Of a DNA stretch of 64,000 bases, positions 37,300 to 45,836 are shown in pieces (within the stretch, counting starts at the first letter, position 1; every line of letters begins with the position of its first letter). A model generated the notes under the pieces. That model searched no databases. It was not told the origin of the DNA and worked only from the letters and a program-made list of their open reading frames with translations. A program made the position numbers and the translations under genes. Source of the stretch: an uncultured Acidobacteriota bacterium (GTDB lineage: Bacteria; Acidobacteriota; Thermoanaerobaculia; UBA5066; DATFVB01); NCBI GenBank assembly GCA_963813155.1, contig CAWEYG010000001.1:736001-800000 (forward strand). Reading direction: 5' to 3'.

Positions 37300-37757
37300 T
37301 TGTTCGTGGGTAATTGCAGTGCTGTGGTACAGTTGCCGAGTTGTATTGCCAACGCCACCACTCTCTGCTTGGACGATAAGCCCAATGACAAACGGTTCCA
37401 GATTTCGGTACAGTACAACACTACGGAAGGGGGAGGATCTTTTGGCGCCGGGCAAGCTATCGCTTTGGGCACAGATGGTGTGACACAGGGAGAACAGACG
37501 GGTCGTGGAAGCTGTGTAGATACGGCCTGTTTTGGCTCTTTTCCAGCTCTAATCCAGAAATCCTGGTTAAGGTTTTGAATGCGTGTTCTGTCAACAATCA
37601 TATCTGGGTTTTCGCCTCCGGCACTACTAATGTGGGGCTTGATCTGACGGTTTATAAACTGGATACAACGACCAAATTCAGCCAGACCTATATTAATCCT
37701 GATGTTCACGCGATGGATACGGTGCAGGATACAACGACCTTCCCCTGCAGTAACTAA
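37300..37757 (+). pseudogene. AT-richer, frameshifted fragment of a secreted-protein C-terminal domain
   Basis: TTLCLDD..KRFQISVQY, then in another frame LFWLFSSSNPEILVKVLNACSVNNHIWVFASGTTNV..QDTTTFPC; recalled as a recurrent Thermoanaerobaculia domain. Confidence 0.55.
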
Positions 37758-37901
37758 CTCAGGGGCAGCATTGAGCAGACAAGCTGATAAAGAGCTAGGA
37801 GTTCCTGCCACGAACCTGCCAGGCGAAGAATCTGCTCGTTAGAGAACGACGGACCGCCGCCGGGAGAATGCCCGGCGGCAATCCAAAGAAAAGAAAGAAG
37901 T

Positions 37902-37994
37902 TGGCGGAGAGGACGAGATTCGAACTCGTGGTAGAGCTATTCACCCTACGGCGGTTTAGCAAACCGCTGGTTTCAGCCACTCACCCACCTCTCC
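37902..37994 (-). tRNA. tRNA-Ser(GCT), copy B
   Basis: Reverse complement GGAGAGGTGGGTGAGTGGCTGAAACCAGCGGTTTGCTAAACCGCCGTAGGGTGAATAGCTCTACCACGAGTTCGAATCTCGTCCTCTCCGCCA. Confidence 0.96.
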
Positions 37995-38036
37995 GTCAGG
38001 GACGGAAATCTTAGCACGGCTGATCCTTCGAGAGTT

Positions 38037-38909
38037 TCACCGTCCGGCGTCTCGAAATCTCTCCCCGTGCCACGCCGCGATCTCGAGCATGGCCTTCGAC
38101 CAGTACGGCCAATCGTGGACTCCCGGCTCAAGGCGGGCGGTCGCCCGGATGCCGCGGCGATTCAGAACGTCCGCGTAGACGGCGGCGACGTGATCGAGGT
38201 GATACTTGTCTTCAGTTCCCGCGAGGAGAAACACGTCGAACGGATCGTGCCAGTCTTCCCGGCTCTGCGCGATCTTCCAGACGTCGTTTTCGGCGAGCGA
38301 GTTGTCGGCCGGCGAGCCGCCGAAAACCCGGTGAAGCTGCCGCCGCGCGAGGAAGAAGACTTTTTCGATGTCGTCCCATCCCATGGGAATGATCGCCCCG
38401 GAAAGCGCGGAGACCGACCCGTACTCCGCGGCGTGGCGCAGGGCGATCTTGACCGAGCCGTAGCCGCCCATCGAAATCCCCGTGATTCCGCGGTTTTGCC
38501 GCCCCGGCAGCACGCGGAAGCGGCGCTCGATCTCGCCCGGGAGCTCGTCCGCGACGAGATCCTCGTACCGGTTCGACCCGTCGTGGAAATTCGAAAACCA
38601 CGAGCGTCCCCCTTCGGGACAGACGACGAGAAACTCGGGGATCGCGCCGCTGCGCATGGCCCGGTCGAGGCGAGCCGCGACGCCCTCGCGCCAGAGCACG
38701 TCGTGGTCGCCGAATCCGTCGTGGAGAAAATAGAGAACCGGGTACTTCCGCGTTTCCGAGGCATAACCGGGAGGCAGAAAGACCGAGTAGACGGCTTTCC
38801 GGGCAAGAGCCGCGCTCGCGAACGATTCCTCGCGCCCGCCGGGTTGTTCGGCGCCGCAGCGAAACGCAAAGGCGAGCGCAAGACCGATTCCGATCCCCTT
38901 CCGGGTCAT
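38037..38909 (-). CDS. Exported alpha/beta-hydrolase esterase (FrmB/antigen-85-like)
   Basis: YPVLYFLHD, nucleophile elbow GISMGGYG, GTED and PGVHDWPYW. Confidence 0.85.
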   Translation of the reverse strand: MTRKGIGIGLALAFAFRCGAEQPGGREESFASAALARKAVYSVFLPPGYASETRKYPVLYFLHDGFGDHDVLWREGVAARLDRAMRSGAIPEFLVVCPEGGRSWFSNFHDGSNRYEDLVADELPGEIERRFRVLPGRQNRGITGISMGGYGSVKIALRHAAEYGSVSALSGAIIPMGWDDIEKVFFLARRQLHRVFGGSPADNSLAENDVWKIAQSREDWHDPFDVFLLAGTEDKYHLDHVAAVYADVLNRRGIRATARLEPGVHDWPYWSKAMLEIAAWHGERFRDAGR

Positions 38910-38929
38910 CGGGAAAGTCTAGCAGCCTG

Positions 38930-39082
38930 CTAGCGGACGGCGATGCTTCTCGTGTCGCCGCGAAGGACACGGCGGGGCGGCCGGCTCGCGGCCAGCAACG
39001 TCGCCGCCAGCGCGGCGGCGACCAACACGATGGCGACGGCGATCACCTCGCCGGTTCGCCGCCGAAAGCCGGATTGCCTCAC
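38930..39082 (-). CDS. Possible 50-aa single-TM peptide
   Basis: Basic N-terminus followed by VIAVAIVLVAAALAATLLAA; fills the intergenic gap; no other support. Confidence 0.3.
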   Translation of the reverse strand: MRQSGFRRRTGEVIAVAIVLVAAALAATLLAASRPPRRVLRGDTRSIAVR

Positions 39083-39228
39083 CGGATAGAAGACCAGCTT
39101 CCGTCCGTCCTTGAGGTGAAACTTTGCACAGGACCCGGGAAGAGAACTCTGCATTTTCCGTCCGCGGGGATGCAATCGGCATGCCCCCTGGATCTGTGTA
39201 CGGAGCCGGCAGGGCCGGCGTCGGCCCT

Positions 39229-39978
39229 CTACTTTGGCGGTGTCAAGGCAGCGTCGTCGGGAGTCTCGGAGACCGAGACATTCTCGAACCGGATCTCGAC
39301 CGGCTTTGCGGCCAGCGGTTTCGACGTCGACAACTGGATCGGGCCGAAGCGGCGCCAGTCTTTCCAGGCGACCACGGTCGGCGGGTCGGTCGCGCCGTTC
39401 AGAACGTACTTCCACTGGTCGAGAAGATGCGTCGACCGGTCGATGTCCATCCAGTAGACGTCTTTGGGCGTCAACCCCACGTTCTCGAAGGAAAGCTTGA
39501 TCTCATCGCAGTCCTGGCCTCCGGCCGCTTTGACTTCGCCGACGTACTCGAGGTTGACACCCGGATCGAAAACTTTCCACGGCGCGAGGAGCCAGTACGT
39601 GTCGTTGATGAACCTGCCGTACGCGTTTTCGAGCCCCTTCGCTTTCACGTCCCCTTCCGCGCGCGTGCCGTTCACGAAGTACTCCCCCTGCTTCGTCGCG
39701 ACGTTGAAATACGCCTTCCAGGGGCCGTTCTTGGGATCGTTGCCCTCGACTCGATAACGCCCGTCATAGCGGTCCCACCAGTGGGAAAAGGAAGCGATCG
39801 GTTTCCCGTCGCGAACCACGGTGAAGTCGAACCGGAGAAACCGGGCTTTGTCCCAACCGCTCTTGCCCCCCATCGCGGAGATCATCGACTCCGCCACGGA
39901 GACGGCCTTCGGATCCTGCGCCGCGGCCAGAAGGGCCGCCGCGCCCGAAAACACCACCGCGAAAACGAGCTTCTTCAT
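39229..39978 (-). CDS. Secreted LolA-like/DUF6503-like hypothetical protein
   Basis: Signal peptide, AMGGKSGWDKARFLRFDF, FINDTYWLLAPWK..DPGVNL and VGLTPKDVY; TAGAAT 6 nt before the ATG. Confidence 0.65.
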   Translation of the reverse strand: MKKLVFAVVFSGAAALLAAAQDPKAVSVAESMISAMGGKSGWDKARFLRFDFTVVRDGKPIASFSHWWDRYDGRYRVEGNDPKNGPWKAYFNVATKQGEYFVNGTRAEGDVKAKGLENAYGRFINDTYWLLAPWKVFDPGVNLEYVGEVKAAGGQDCDEIKLSFENVGLTPKDVYWMDIDRSTHLLDQWKYVLNGATDPPTVVAWKDWRRFGPIQLSTSKPLAAKPVEIRFENVSVSETPDDAALTPPK

Positions 39979-40032
39979 GCTCCGATTCTAGACCTGAACG
40001 GAGACCCCGAATCGCCGTGATAAGGTTTTTTC

Positions 40033-40503
40033 GTGGAGAAGCCCGGAAGGATTCCCGACCATCTGTCCCGGCTCCTCGGAGGAGCGGGATTCCGCCTGCG
40101 CCGCAGGCTGATCCTTCCGCTGCTGACCTGCGATCCCGAGGGAACCCCGCGCGCCGCCCTGTTGACGCTTTCGGAGGTTCGGGCCCTCTCGCGGAGCCGG
40201 TTCGCCGTGGCCGTTTCCGGCGGATCGATGACCGAAGCGAACCTGATCCGCCGGCAGGGAGCGACCCTGTTGTACCTCGACGCCGGGGCCTCCGTTTCGA
40301 TCCAGGCCCGCGCCGGAAAAGCGCTCGTCTCGCGCAGCTCTCCGGACAAGAGAATCTTTCCGCTTCAGGTCGTCCGCGTGAAGGAAGACCGGCCCCTCCC
40401 CGGCGAAGTCTCGTTCTCGATTTCGAGTGGTCCGCGTTTCTCGGGGCGGGGCGCCTCGGCGCTTTTTTCCCCGGCGCTTTTCCGAGAGCTGAGCCGCGCT
40501 TGA
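40033..40503 (+). CDS. Pyridoxamine 5'-phosphate oxidase-like (split-barrel) protein
   Basis: LLTCDPEGTPRAALLT..EV, S.TEANL.R.G.ATL and VKED; overlaps the next gene at TTGA. Confidence 0.55.
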   Translation: MEKPGRIPDHLSRLLGGAGFRLRRRLILPLLTCDPEGTPRAALLTLSEVRALSRSRFAVAVSGGSMTEANLIRRQGATLLYLDAGASVSIQARAGKALVSRSSPDKRIFPLQVVRVKEDRPLPGEVSFSISSGPRFSGRGASALFSPALFRELSRA

Positions 40504-41216
40504 CTCGCTTCGTCGGAAAGCATGTCCTCGTCACGGGCGGAGGGCGCGGAATCGGGCGCTCGATCGCCCTCGCGTTCGCTTCGGAGGGCGCCCGCGTGTC
40601 CGTCTTCTCTCGCTCGCCTCAACGTCAGGCGGAAGGGACCGAACCCCTCTCGGTCTTTGCGTGCGACGTCACGGACCGGGACCAGGTCGAAACCGCGGTC
40701 GCGAAGGCGCGCGACGATTCCGGCCCCGTCGACGCGCTCGTCAACAACGCGGGCGTCTTTCTCTGGAAGCCGTTTCTGAGCCTCACTCCCGAAGAGTGGG
40801 ATCGGGTGATCGCGACGAACCTGACGGGCGCGTTCAATTTCTGCCGGACCGTGGTCCCCGAAATGGCGGCGAGGATGACCGGGCGGATCGTCAACGTCTC
40901 CTCCATCCACGGGTTGCACGGCGATGCGAACCTCTCCGCTCACTGCGCTGCGAAGTTCGGCCTGATCGGGCTGACCCAATCGCTCGCGAAGGAGCTGCGC
41001 GGGCACAACATCACGGTCAACGCGGTTTGCCCCGGAACCACGAACAACAGGGAACCGGAGGAGGAGTCTCTCCCGCGCAAGGCTCCCCTGGCCGAAAAGC
41101 TCCGCCCCCGCGACGTCGCCTCGGCCGTGCTCTGGCTCGCGTCGGACGAGGCGGCGGGAATCACGGGCGCGTCGATCGAGATCTACGGCGGCACGCACGT
41201 GACGATCCAACCGTAG
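40500..41216 (+). CDS. SDR oxidoreductase (FabG-like)
   Basis: VTGGGRGIG, LVNNAG, IVNVSS, HCAAK (YxxxK with Tyr replaced by His) and VNAVCPG. Confidence 0.85.
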   Translation: MTRFVGKHVLVTGGGRGIGRSIALAFASEGARVSVFSRSPQRQAEGTEPLSVFACDVTDRDQVETAVAKARDDSGPVDALVNNAGVFLWKPFLSLTPEEWDRVIATNLTGAFNFCRTVVPEMAARMTGRIVNVSSIHGLHGDANLSAHCAAKFGLIGLTQSLAKELRGHNITVNAVCPGTTNNREPEEESLPRKAPLAEKLRPRDVASAVLWLASDEAAGITGASIEIYGGTHVTIQP

Positions 41217-41227
41217 AGTTTCGCTCG

Positions 41228-41977
41228 CTACAGCGCCTGCAGCACCCGGTCCGCGATCATCTCGTAGGCCTTGCGGTTCGGGTGAAAGCGATCCGGCGAG
41301 AGGCGTTCGGGGCGGTCCTCGAAGAGGTCGAACACCGGAATCGTCCGAACGCGATATCGCAGTGCGATCTTGTCGATCGCCGCATTCCAATCGACGACGA
41401 TCGCCGAAGCGGCGTCTCCCGAAACGGTGGAAGAGAACGGGTTGTAGAGGCCCAGCATCACGATGCGCGCAGACGGGTTCGCCGAGCGCAGAGCCGAAAG
41501 GATTTCGTCGAGATTCTTTTCCAGCCGCTCGCGGGACCGGGCAATCTCGTCGGGAAGGCTCGCCCGAAAATCTCTCGGCGCCGAATGCGACAGGTCGTTG
41601 CCCCCGATCGAGAGGAGGATCAGGCTGGCCGCGGAGGCGAGGGCCCGCGCGTTCGGATGGGAGAGAACTTCCCGAAGGCCCTCCGTCTCGAGGCCGTCGA
41701 CGGCGAGGTTCTCCAGTCGGAGGCTCGGGTGCGAAGCCTTCAGGCGTTCCACGACGTCGGCCGCGTAGCCCGGGCCCTCTCCGGCGCCGCGCGTCAACGA
41801 ATCGCCGAGAGCAAGCACCAGGAACTCTCCCGGCCGCGCAACCTCCGCCGGAGCGACCGCCGCTTCCGAAATCGGGCTTCCACCCGCCGGCCGCAGGGCC
41901 TCGCGGAATCCCCAGAGCAGAATTGCCGCGGGCAGAATCGAGACGAACAGCGGCACGCGCCGCCAAAACACTCTCAT
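41228..41977 (-). CDS. SGNH/GDSL hydrolase
   Basis: ALGDSLT, SIGGNDL and DRFHPN; N-terminal TM segment. Confidence 0.9.
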   Translation of the reverse strand: MRVFWRRVPLFVSILPAAILLWGFREALRPAGGSPISEAAVAPAEVARPGEFLVLALGDSLTRGAGEGPGYAADVVERLKASHPSLRLENLAVDGLETEGLREVLSHPNARALASAASLILLSIGGNDLSHSAPRDFRASLPDEIARSRERLEKNLDEILSALRSANPSARIVMLGLYNPFSSTVSGDAASAIVVDWNAAIDKIALRYRVRTIPVFDLFEDRPERLSPDRFHPNRKAYEMIADRVLQAL

Positions 41978-42001
41978 GCGCTTCCGGTAACATTATCGGC
42001 G

Positions 42002-42910
42002 ATGGTTCCTCTTTCCGCGAAACACCTCACGAAAACGCTCGGTCGGCGAATCGTCGTCAGCGACGTCAGCTTCGACCTGGAGCCGTCGGAAGTCTTCGGG
42101 TTCCTCGGTCCGAACGGCGCCGGCAAGACGACGACGATCCGGATGTTGACCGGGTTGATCCGCCCCGATTCGGGCAGCGTCGTAATCTGCGGAGTCGACC
42201 TCTCGCGCCATTTCGAAGCCGCGATGCGAAACGTCGGGGCGATCATCGAATCGCCCGACCTCTACCGCTCGCTGACGGGCCGCGAGAACCTCGAGGTGTT
42301 CGCCGCGATGGTCGGCCGCGAGGCCCATTCCCAGATCGAAGATCTCGCGCGACTCGTCCGCATCGACGGACGGCTCGAAGATCGCGTCTCGACGTATTCG
42401 CTGGGCATGCGCCAGCGACTCGGAATCGCCCAGGCCCTCCTCGGCGAGCCCCGGGTGTTGATCCTCGACGAGCCCGCCAACGGCCTGGATCCCGCGGGCA
42501 TCCGGGAAATGCGCGAGCTCCTGAAGCGGCTGGCCCGTGAACGGGGCCTCGCGGTTTTCGTCTCCAGCCACCTGCTCGCAGAAGTCGAGCTCATGTGCGA
42601 CCGCGTCGCGATTCTGCACCGCGGAAGGATTCTCGCGGTCGAAAACGTGGAGGCGCTCCTCTCGCGCGGATCGCGCGTGCGCTTCCGGACTCCGATGCCG
42701 ACCGCGGCGCAGCGGGCGCTCCGGCGCCACACTTCCGAGGAGCCCTCGCTCCTGGGAGAGGAAGCGGTGCGCGCGGACATGCCCGACGACGAAATTCCGC
42801 GCGCCCTCACGACCCTATCCGCCGAGGGCATTCCCGTCTTCGAGGTCGTTCGCGAGCGCCCGCAGCTCGAGGAGATGTTTCTCGAGCTCACGCACGGGGA
42901 GACGGTTTGA
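42002..42910 (+). CDS. ABC-2 type transporter ATP-binding protein (BcrA/YhcH-like)
   Basis: GPNGAGKT, YSLGMRQRLGIA, LILDEPANGLDP and VSSHLL. Confidence 0.92.
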   Translation: MVPLSAKHLTKTLGRRIVVSDVSFDLEPSEVFGFLGPNGAGKTTTIRMLTGLIRPDSGSVVICGVDLSRHFEAAMRNVGAIIESPDLYRSLTGRENLEVFAAMVGREAHSQIEDLARLVRIDGRLEDRVSTYSLGMRQRLGIAQALLGEPRVLILDEPANGLDPAGIREMRELLKRLARERGLAVFVSSHLLAEVELMCDRVAILHRGRILAVENVEALLSRGSRVRFRTPMPTAAQRALRRHTSEEPSLLGEEAVRADMPDDEIPRALTTLSAEGIPVFEVVRERPQLEEMFLELTHGETV

Positions 42911-43028
42911 TCGCCGCCTGCAGGACCAACCTCACCCCCCGTCCCCCTCTCCAGTTGGAGAGGGGGTGGCCGAAGGCCGGGGGTGAGGTCCAAAGCGAAC
43001 ATCACGGGGAGACGGTTTGATCGCCGCC
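42893..43028. repeat. REP-like cruciform element flanked by a 26-bp direct repeat
   Basis: CACGGGGAGACGGTTTGATCGCCGCC at 42893-42918 and 43003-43028; between them ACCTCACCCCC..CCCCTCTCCA-GT-TGGAGAGGGG..GGCC-GAA-GGCC-GGGGGTGAGGT. Confidence 0.85.
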
Positions 43029-44003
43029 CTCGTCGAGAACGAGATGCTGAAGATCTTCCGGCGGAAGCGATTCCGCGTCGTTCTGATCATTCTCTTCTTC
43101 CTCACGGCGCTCGTCGTCTTCGCCCAATGGAAGACACGGACGCGGGAGACCGCGCGCCAGGGCCCGCGTCAGTGGACGGTCGAAACGCAGCGGCGGATCG
43201 TGGGCTTCCAGAACCGTCTTCGCGACCCGGGTCTCCCCCCGTCGATGCGGCGATGGATGGGTTTCGAGGTGAAGCGCCTGCAGTACTCGCTGGACCACGG
43301 CTTCGACCCCAACGCGCTCAACGGACCCGTTTTCTGCCGCAATTTCATCAACGCCTCGTCGTTTCTGCTCCTTCCCCTCCTCGTCACGCTGTTCGCGTCG
43401 GACCTCGTTTCGTCCGAGCTCGCGGAAGGCACGATCAAGATTCTGCTCACTCGGCCCGCCCGGCGATGGAAGATCCTGGCGGCGAAGACGCTCGCCCTGT
43501 TCTCATGCGTGACCCTCACGGTGGCCGCCTGCGCGATCTTTTCCTACCTGATTTCCGGAATCGCGTTCGGGTACCGGGGCTGGGGCGCGCCGGTTCTCTC
43601 CGGCTTCCGCTTCGCGGCCGGCTCGCTCGACGTGGCCGGAGTGCGGGAAACTCCCCTGTGGCGGGACGCCCTTCACGTTTACGGCCTCGGATGGTTCGCG
43701 GCGCTCGTCGTGGGCTCTCTCGCCCTGCTGCTCTCGGTGCTGTTCCGCACGACCGCCGCCGCGATGGGCACGATGCTCGCCTGCCTCGTCGCGGGAACGA
43801 TTCTGCCCCGGGTGGCGGAAGGCTGGGATTTTTCGAAATACATCTTCGTGACGAATCTTCCGCTGCCGGACTACTTCTCCGGTTCGCCCCCTCCCGTCGA
43901 GGGAATGACGCTCGCGTTTTCGGTCTGGAATCTCGCGGCGTGGGGAGCGGCGGCGCTCGCCGCGGCTTTTGTTGTTTTCACCCGGAAAGACATCACCGTT
44001 TGA
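43017..44003 (+). CDS. ABC-2 type transporter permease (YhcI-like)
   Basis: LVENEMLKIFRRK, SDLVSSELAEGTIKILLTRP.RRWKILAAK and FTRKDI. Confidence 0.88.
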   Translation: MIAALVENEMLKIFRRKRFRVVLIILFFLTALVVFAQWKTRTRETARQGPRQWTVETQRRIVGFQNRLRDPGLPPSMRRWMGFEVKRLQYSLDHGFDPNALNGPVFCRNFINASSFLLLPLLVTLFASDLVSSELAEGTIKILLTRPARRWKILAAKTLALFSCVTLTVAACAIFSYLISGIAFGYRGWGAPVLSGFRFAAGSLDVAGVRETPLWRDALHVYGLGWFAALVVGSLALLLSVLFRTTAAAMGTMLACLVAGTILPRVAEGWDFSKYIFVTNLPLPDYFSGSPPPVEGMTLAFSVWNLAAWGAAALAAAFVVFTRKDITV

Positions 44004-44024
44004 AACTCGTTATGATCCGTTGCC

Positions 44025-44708
44025 ATGTCGCGACTGGTCCTTTTCGACATCGACGGAACGCTCCTTTCGGCCGGGCGAGCCTCCCGCGAGGCCCTGTCCG
44101 AAGCCTTTCTGCAGGCGTGCTGCGGCGACATCCTCCTGGACGGCTACGAATTTTCGGGCAAGACCGACCCTCAGATCATCCGCGAGCTGCTCGCCGGCCG
44201 GGCGCCGGCCGCCGAGATCGAGCGGATGGCGAACCTCGCGCTCGCGTTCTACCTCGACAGCCTCGAGCGCCGGATCAGCCCCGACGCCGTGACGCCGAAG
44301 CCGGGGGCGGGGGCCCTCCTGCGGCGCCTCGCCGCGGCGCCCGGCGTGACGCTCGCCCTTCTCACGGGAAATCACGAGCGGGGAGCGCGCGTCAAGCTCG
44401 CCCCCGTCGGTTTCAACGAATTCTTCGCCTTCGGCGCCTTTGGCAGCGACCACGCGGACCGCTACGAGCTGCCAACGATCGCCGTGACACGGGCCCGGGA
44501 GCACACGGGGCGTGATTTCGGCGGCAAGGAAGTCGTGATCGTCGGCGACTCGATTCACGACGTCGCCTGCGGCCGAACGATCAACGTGAAATCGGTCGCC
44601 GTCGCGTCCGGCCTCACCCCTTCCGAGCGTCTCGCCCGGGAAGGCCCCGACTACCTGTTCGAAGACTTCGGCGACACCGAACGGGTCGCGGAGGCGATTC
44701 TCGCGTGA
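44025..44708 (+). CDS. HAD-superfamily hydrolase
   Basis: LFDIDGTLL, GKTD, LLTGN and IVGDSIHDV; TATGAT 8 nt before the ATG. Confidence 0.9.
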   Translation: MSRLVLFDIDGTLLSAGRASREALSEAFLQACCGDILLDGYEFSGKTDPQIIRELLAGRAPAAEIERMANLALAFYLDSLERRISPDAVTPKPGAGALLRRLAAAPGVTLALLTGNHERGARVKLAPVGFNEFFAFGAFGSDHADRYELPTIAVTRAREHTGRDFGGKEVVIVGDSIHDVACGRTINVKSVAVASGLTPSERLAREGPDYLFEDFGDTERVAEAILA

Positions 44709-45832
44709 GGCGCCCGGTTTCGGCCCTGCTCGCTCTTCTCGTCGGCGCCGTGGCGTCCGCGGCGCCGCCCGCGGCGCCGCCCGACGCGGGCCCGGCCTTC
44801 GGAAACGCCCCCTACGAGGCGGAGCCCGCGGCGCCGGAGAGAATCCGGGTCGCGCTCGATTTCTCGGCCGCGGAACAGGTCCTCGACGCGCTTTCGCAGG
44901 ACAAGCCGAAACCGGGCGACGCGTCCGCCCTGAGGGCCCTTTCCGCCGTTCGCGACCAGATCGCCGAGTCGGGGAAGGACCCGACCGACTGGGACAGGGA
45001 TTTCGCCTCGGCGTTCCTGGAAGAGAGCCGGCCATCGGTCTTCGACCTGCGATCGATCCGGCTCGAGAAGGACCGGTGGGGAGTCGCGCTGGCCGGGCTC
45101 AAGGCCGACGCCGACGCGATCGCCCGTCTCGCCGCGCGCCGGGCGGCGGCGCTTCTGCCGACGGACGCGCCCGTGAAGCTCGCCTGCAGCGTCGAGCTCA
45201 CTTTCGCGATGGCGGGCCTCGAAGACCACGCGGTTTCGCGCGAAGGTGACGACCGCATCCGGATTCTCGTCGACCTGGGGCACACCGTGAGCACCTCGAC
45301 CGGAGACACGCGGGAAGAGCGCTCGGACGCCATCGCGCGCCTGATCGCCGGCGAAACCTTTCGAGCGGCGTGGGACCGGTATCGCGCCGTCGCGCCCGGC
45401 TGGCAGAAGGCGACGACTCTCGGAACTCTGGAGCCGCTCGCCCGGGCAGTCGCCGTGATCGCCCCGGTCGCTCTCTACGCATTCGATCGGAATTTCTTCC
45501 CGCTCGCCCGGTGGCTTCACGACCCGATGCTTCACGGGATCGACGCGCTGAACCACGAGGCGACGCTCCTGTCCGACCCGAAGACCGAGCTCGCCCAGCG
45601 CGCGGAGATCCTTTCCTCGCTTCGCCGGCCGGGTCTTCGCGGCGATCCGGCGCTCGGCGCGGCGGCATTCCTCGCCGACGGGATCTTCCAGCGGCTCGGC
45701 CGGCAGGAATTGATCCTTGCGCTCGCGGCCGGCCCCTCCGGCCTCTTCGAGGCGTACGCGCGCGCTTCGGGAAAGGGAAGCAATCTCCCGCCCCTTTCCG
45801 ACGCCCTCCGGAAGCACGCAGCCGCGAAATGA
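44705..45832 (+). CDS. Secreted hypothetical protein (possible degenerate zincin-like fold)
   Basis: Signal peptide; GTGA-coupled to the HAD gene; LIAGETFRAAW lies where an HExxH motif might be expected (inference). Confidence 0.6.
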   Translation: MRRPVSALLALLVGAVASAAPPAAPPDAGPAFGNAPYEAEPAAPERIRVALDFSAAEQVLDALSQDKPKPGDASALRALSAVRDQIAESGKDPTDWDRDFASAFLEESRPSVFDLRSIRLEKDRWGVALAGLKADADAIARLAARRAAALLPTDAPVKLACSVELTFAMAGLEDHAVSREGDDRIRILVDLGHTVSTSTGDTREERSDAIARLIAGETFRAAWDRYRAVAPGWQKATTLGTLEPLARAVAVIAPVALYAFDRNFFPLARWLHDPMLHGIDALNHEATLLSDPKTELAQRAEILSSLRRPGLRGDPALGAAAFLADGIFQRLGRQELILALAAGPSGLFEAYARASGKGSNLPPLSDALRKHAAAK

Positions 45833-45836
45833 CGCC

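Noticed and set aside
37856-37879. Intrinsic terminator downstream of tRNA copy B
   Set aside because: A 9-bp GC hairpin is present, but the U-tract precedes it on the minus strand, so it is not a canonical terminator.
34447-37994. Intact prophage or integrative element at tRNA-Ser
   Set aside because: No integrase or phage genes, and the tRNA copies are inverted and full length rather than direct attL/attR repeats.
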